This document shows, piece by piece, positions 63,607 to 64,000 of a stretch of DNA of 64,000 nucleotides (its first letter is position 1; each line of letters begins with the position of its first letter). The position numbers and the translations under genes were made by a program. The notes below the pieces were generated by a model, which worked only from the letters and a program-made list of their open reading frames with translations, did not search any database and had not been told where the DNA came from. Origin of the DNA: an uncultured delta proteobacterium (lineage in GTDB: Bacteria > Desulfobacterota > Binatia > UBA9968); NCBI GenBank assembly GCA_963760795.1, contig CAVXEP010000007.1, forward strand, positions 104,146-168,145. The letters run 5' to 3'.

Positions 63607-63998
63607 CCAGCGACTGAAAAAGACTCATCTACTTCGTTCCGCTCGATCTCCTCACGTCAACGTACAGGAGTACGCCTCCGCTCGTCGATTCGTCGCGCGC
63701 CTCGTAGCTGAATCTTTTTGAGTCGCTGGCTCAAGCACTGCAGCGGCGGGCTAAAAACTCATTGACTTCCTTGTGCTCGGTCTCCTCACGTCAACGTACA
63801 GGAGTACGCCTCCGCTCGTCGATTCGTCGCGCGCCTCGTAGCTGAATCTTTTTGAGTCGCTGGCTCAAGCACTGCAGCGGCGGGCTAAAAACTCATTGAC
63901 TTCCTTGTGCTCGGTCTCCTCACGTCAACGTACAGGAGTACGCCTCCGCTCGTCGATTCGTCGCGCGCCTCGTAGCTGAATCTTTTTGAGTCGCTGGC
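63605..63998. repeat. Tandem array (134-bp period, ~3 units) of a hairpin/MITE-like element
   Basis: tctcctcacgtcaacgtacaggagtacgcc starts at 63647, 63781 and 63915; the first unit has 28-bp terminal inverted repeats. Confidence 0.9.
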
Positions 63999-64000
63999 CT

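Noticed and set aside
63605-64000. CRISPR array
   Set aside because: Units are 134 bp with identical intervening sequence; no unique spacers and no cas genes

Overview
High-GC bacterial chromosomal window dominated by solute-binding proteins and aromatic/heterocycle catabolic enzymes. Gene content suggests Candidatus Binatia/Binatota (inference, not tested). It holds 21 substrate-binding proteins: 7 Bug/TctC, 7 NitT/TauT-type, 4 ABC_sub_bind, 2 Liv-type and 1 AfuA-type, mostly without permeases. Enzymes include two Rieske oxygenases, LigA/LigB-type extradiol dioxygenases, an HcrCAB-like molybdoenzyme with a CoA ligase, amidohydrolases, two near-identical MetE-II genes and a multi-GAF histidine kinase. 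Many genes carry single-base frameshifts typical of uncorrected long-read assembly. Main finds: (1) a UGSC-family selenoprotein that the ORF track splits at an in-frame TGA (U-S-T-C, followed by a SECIS-like hairpin), upstream of a thioredoxin reductase lacking the HRR NADPH motif; (2) several intergenic palindromic repeat families inserted into one another, plus a GIY-YIG gene bracketed by inverted copies of one invading module; (3) a Glu-to-Gln change at the catalytic position of the Mo subunit; (4) an apparent ATT start on a LigA-like gene; (5) a 134-bp tandem array of a hairpin element at the window end. No rRNA, tRNA or CRISPR was seen.
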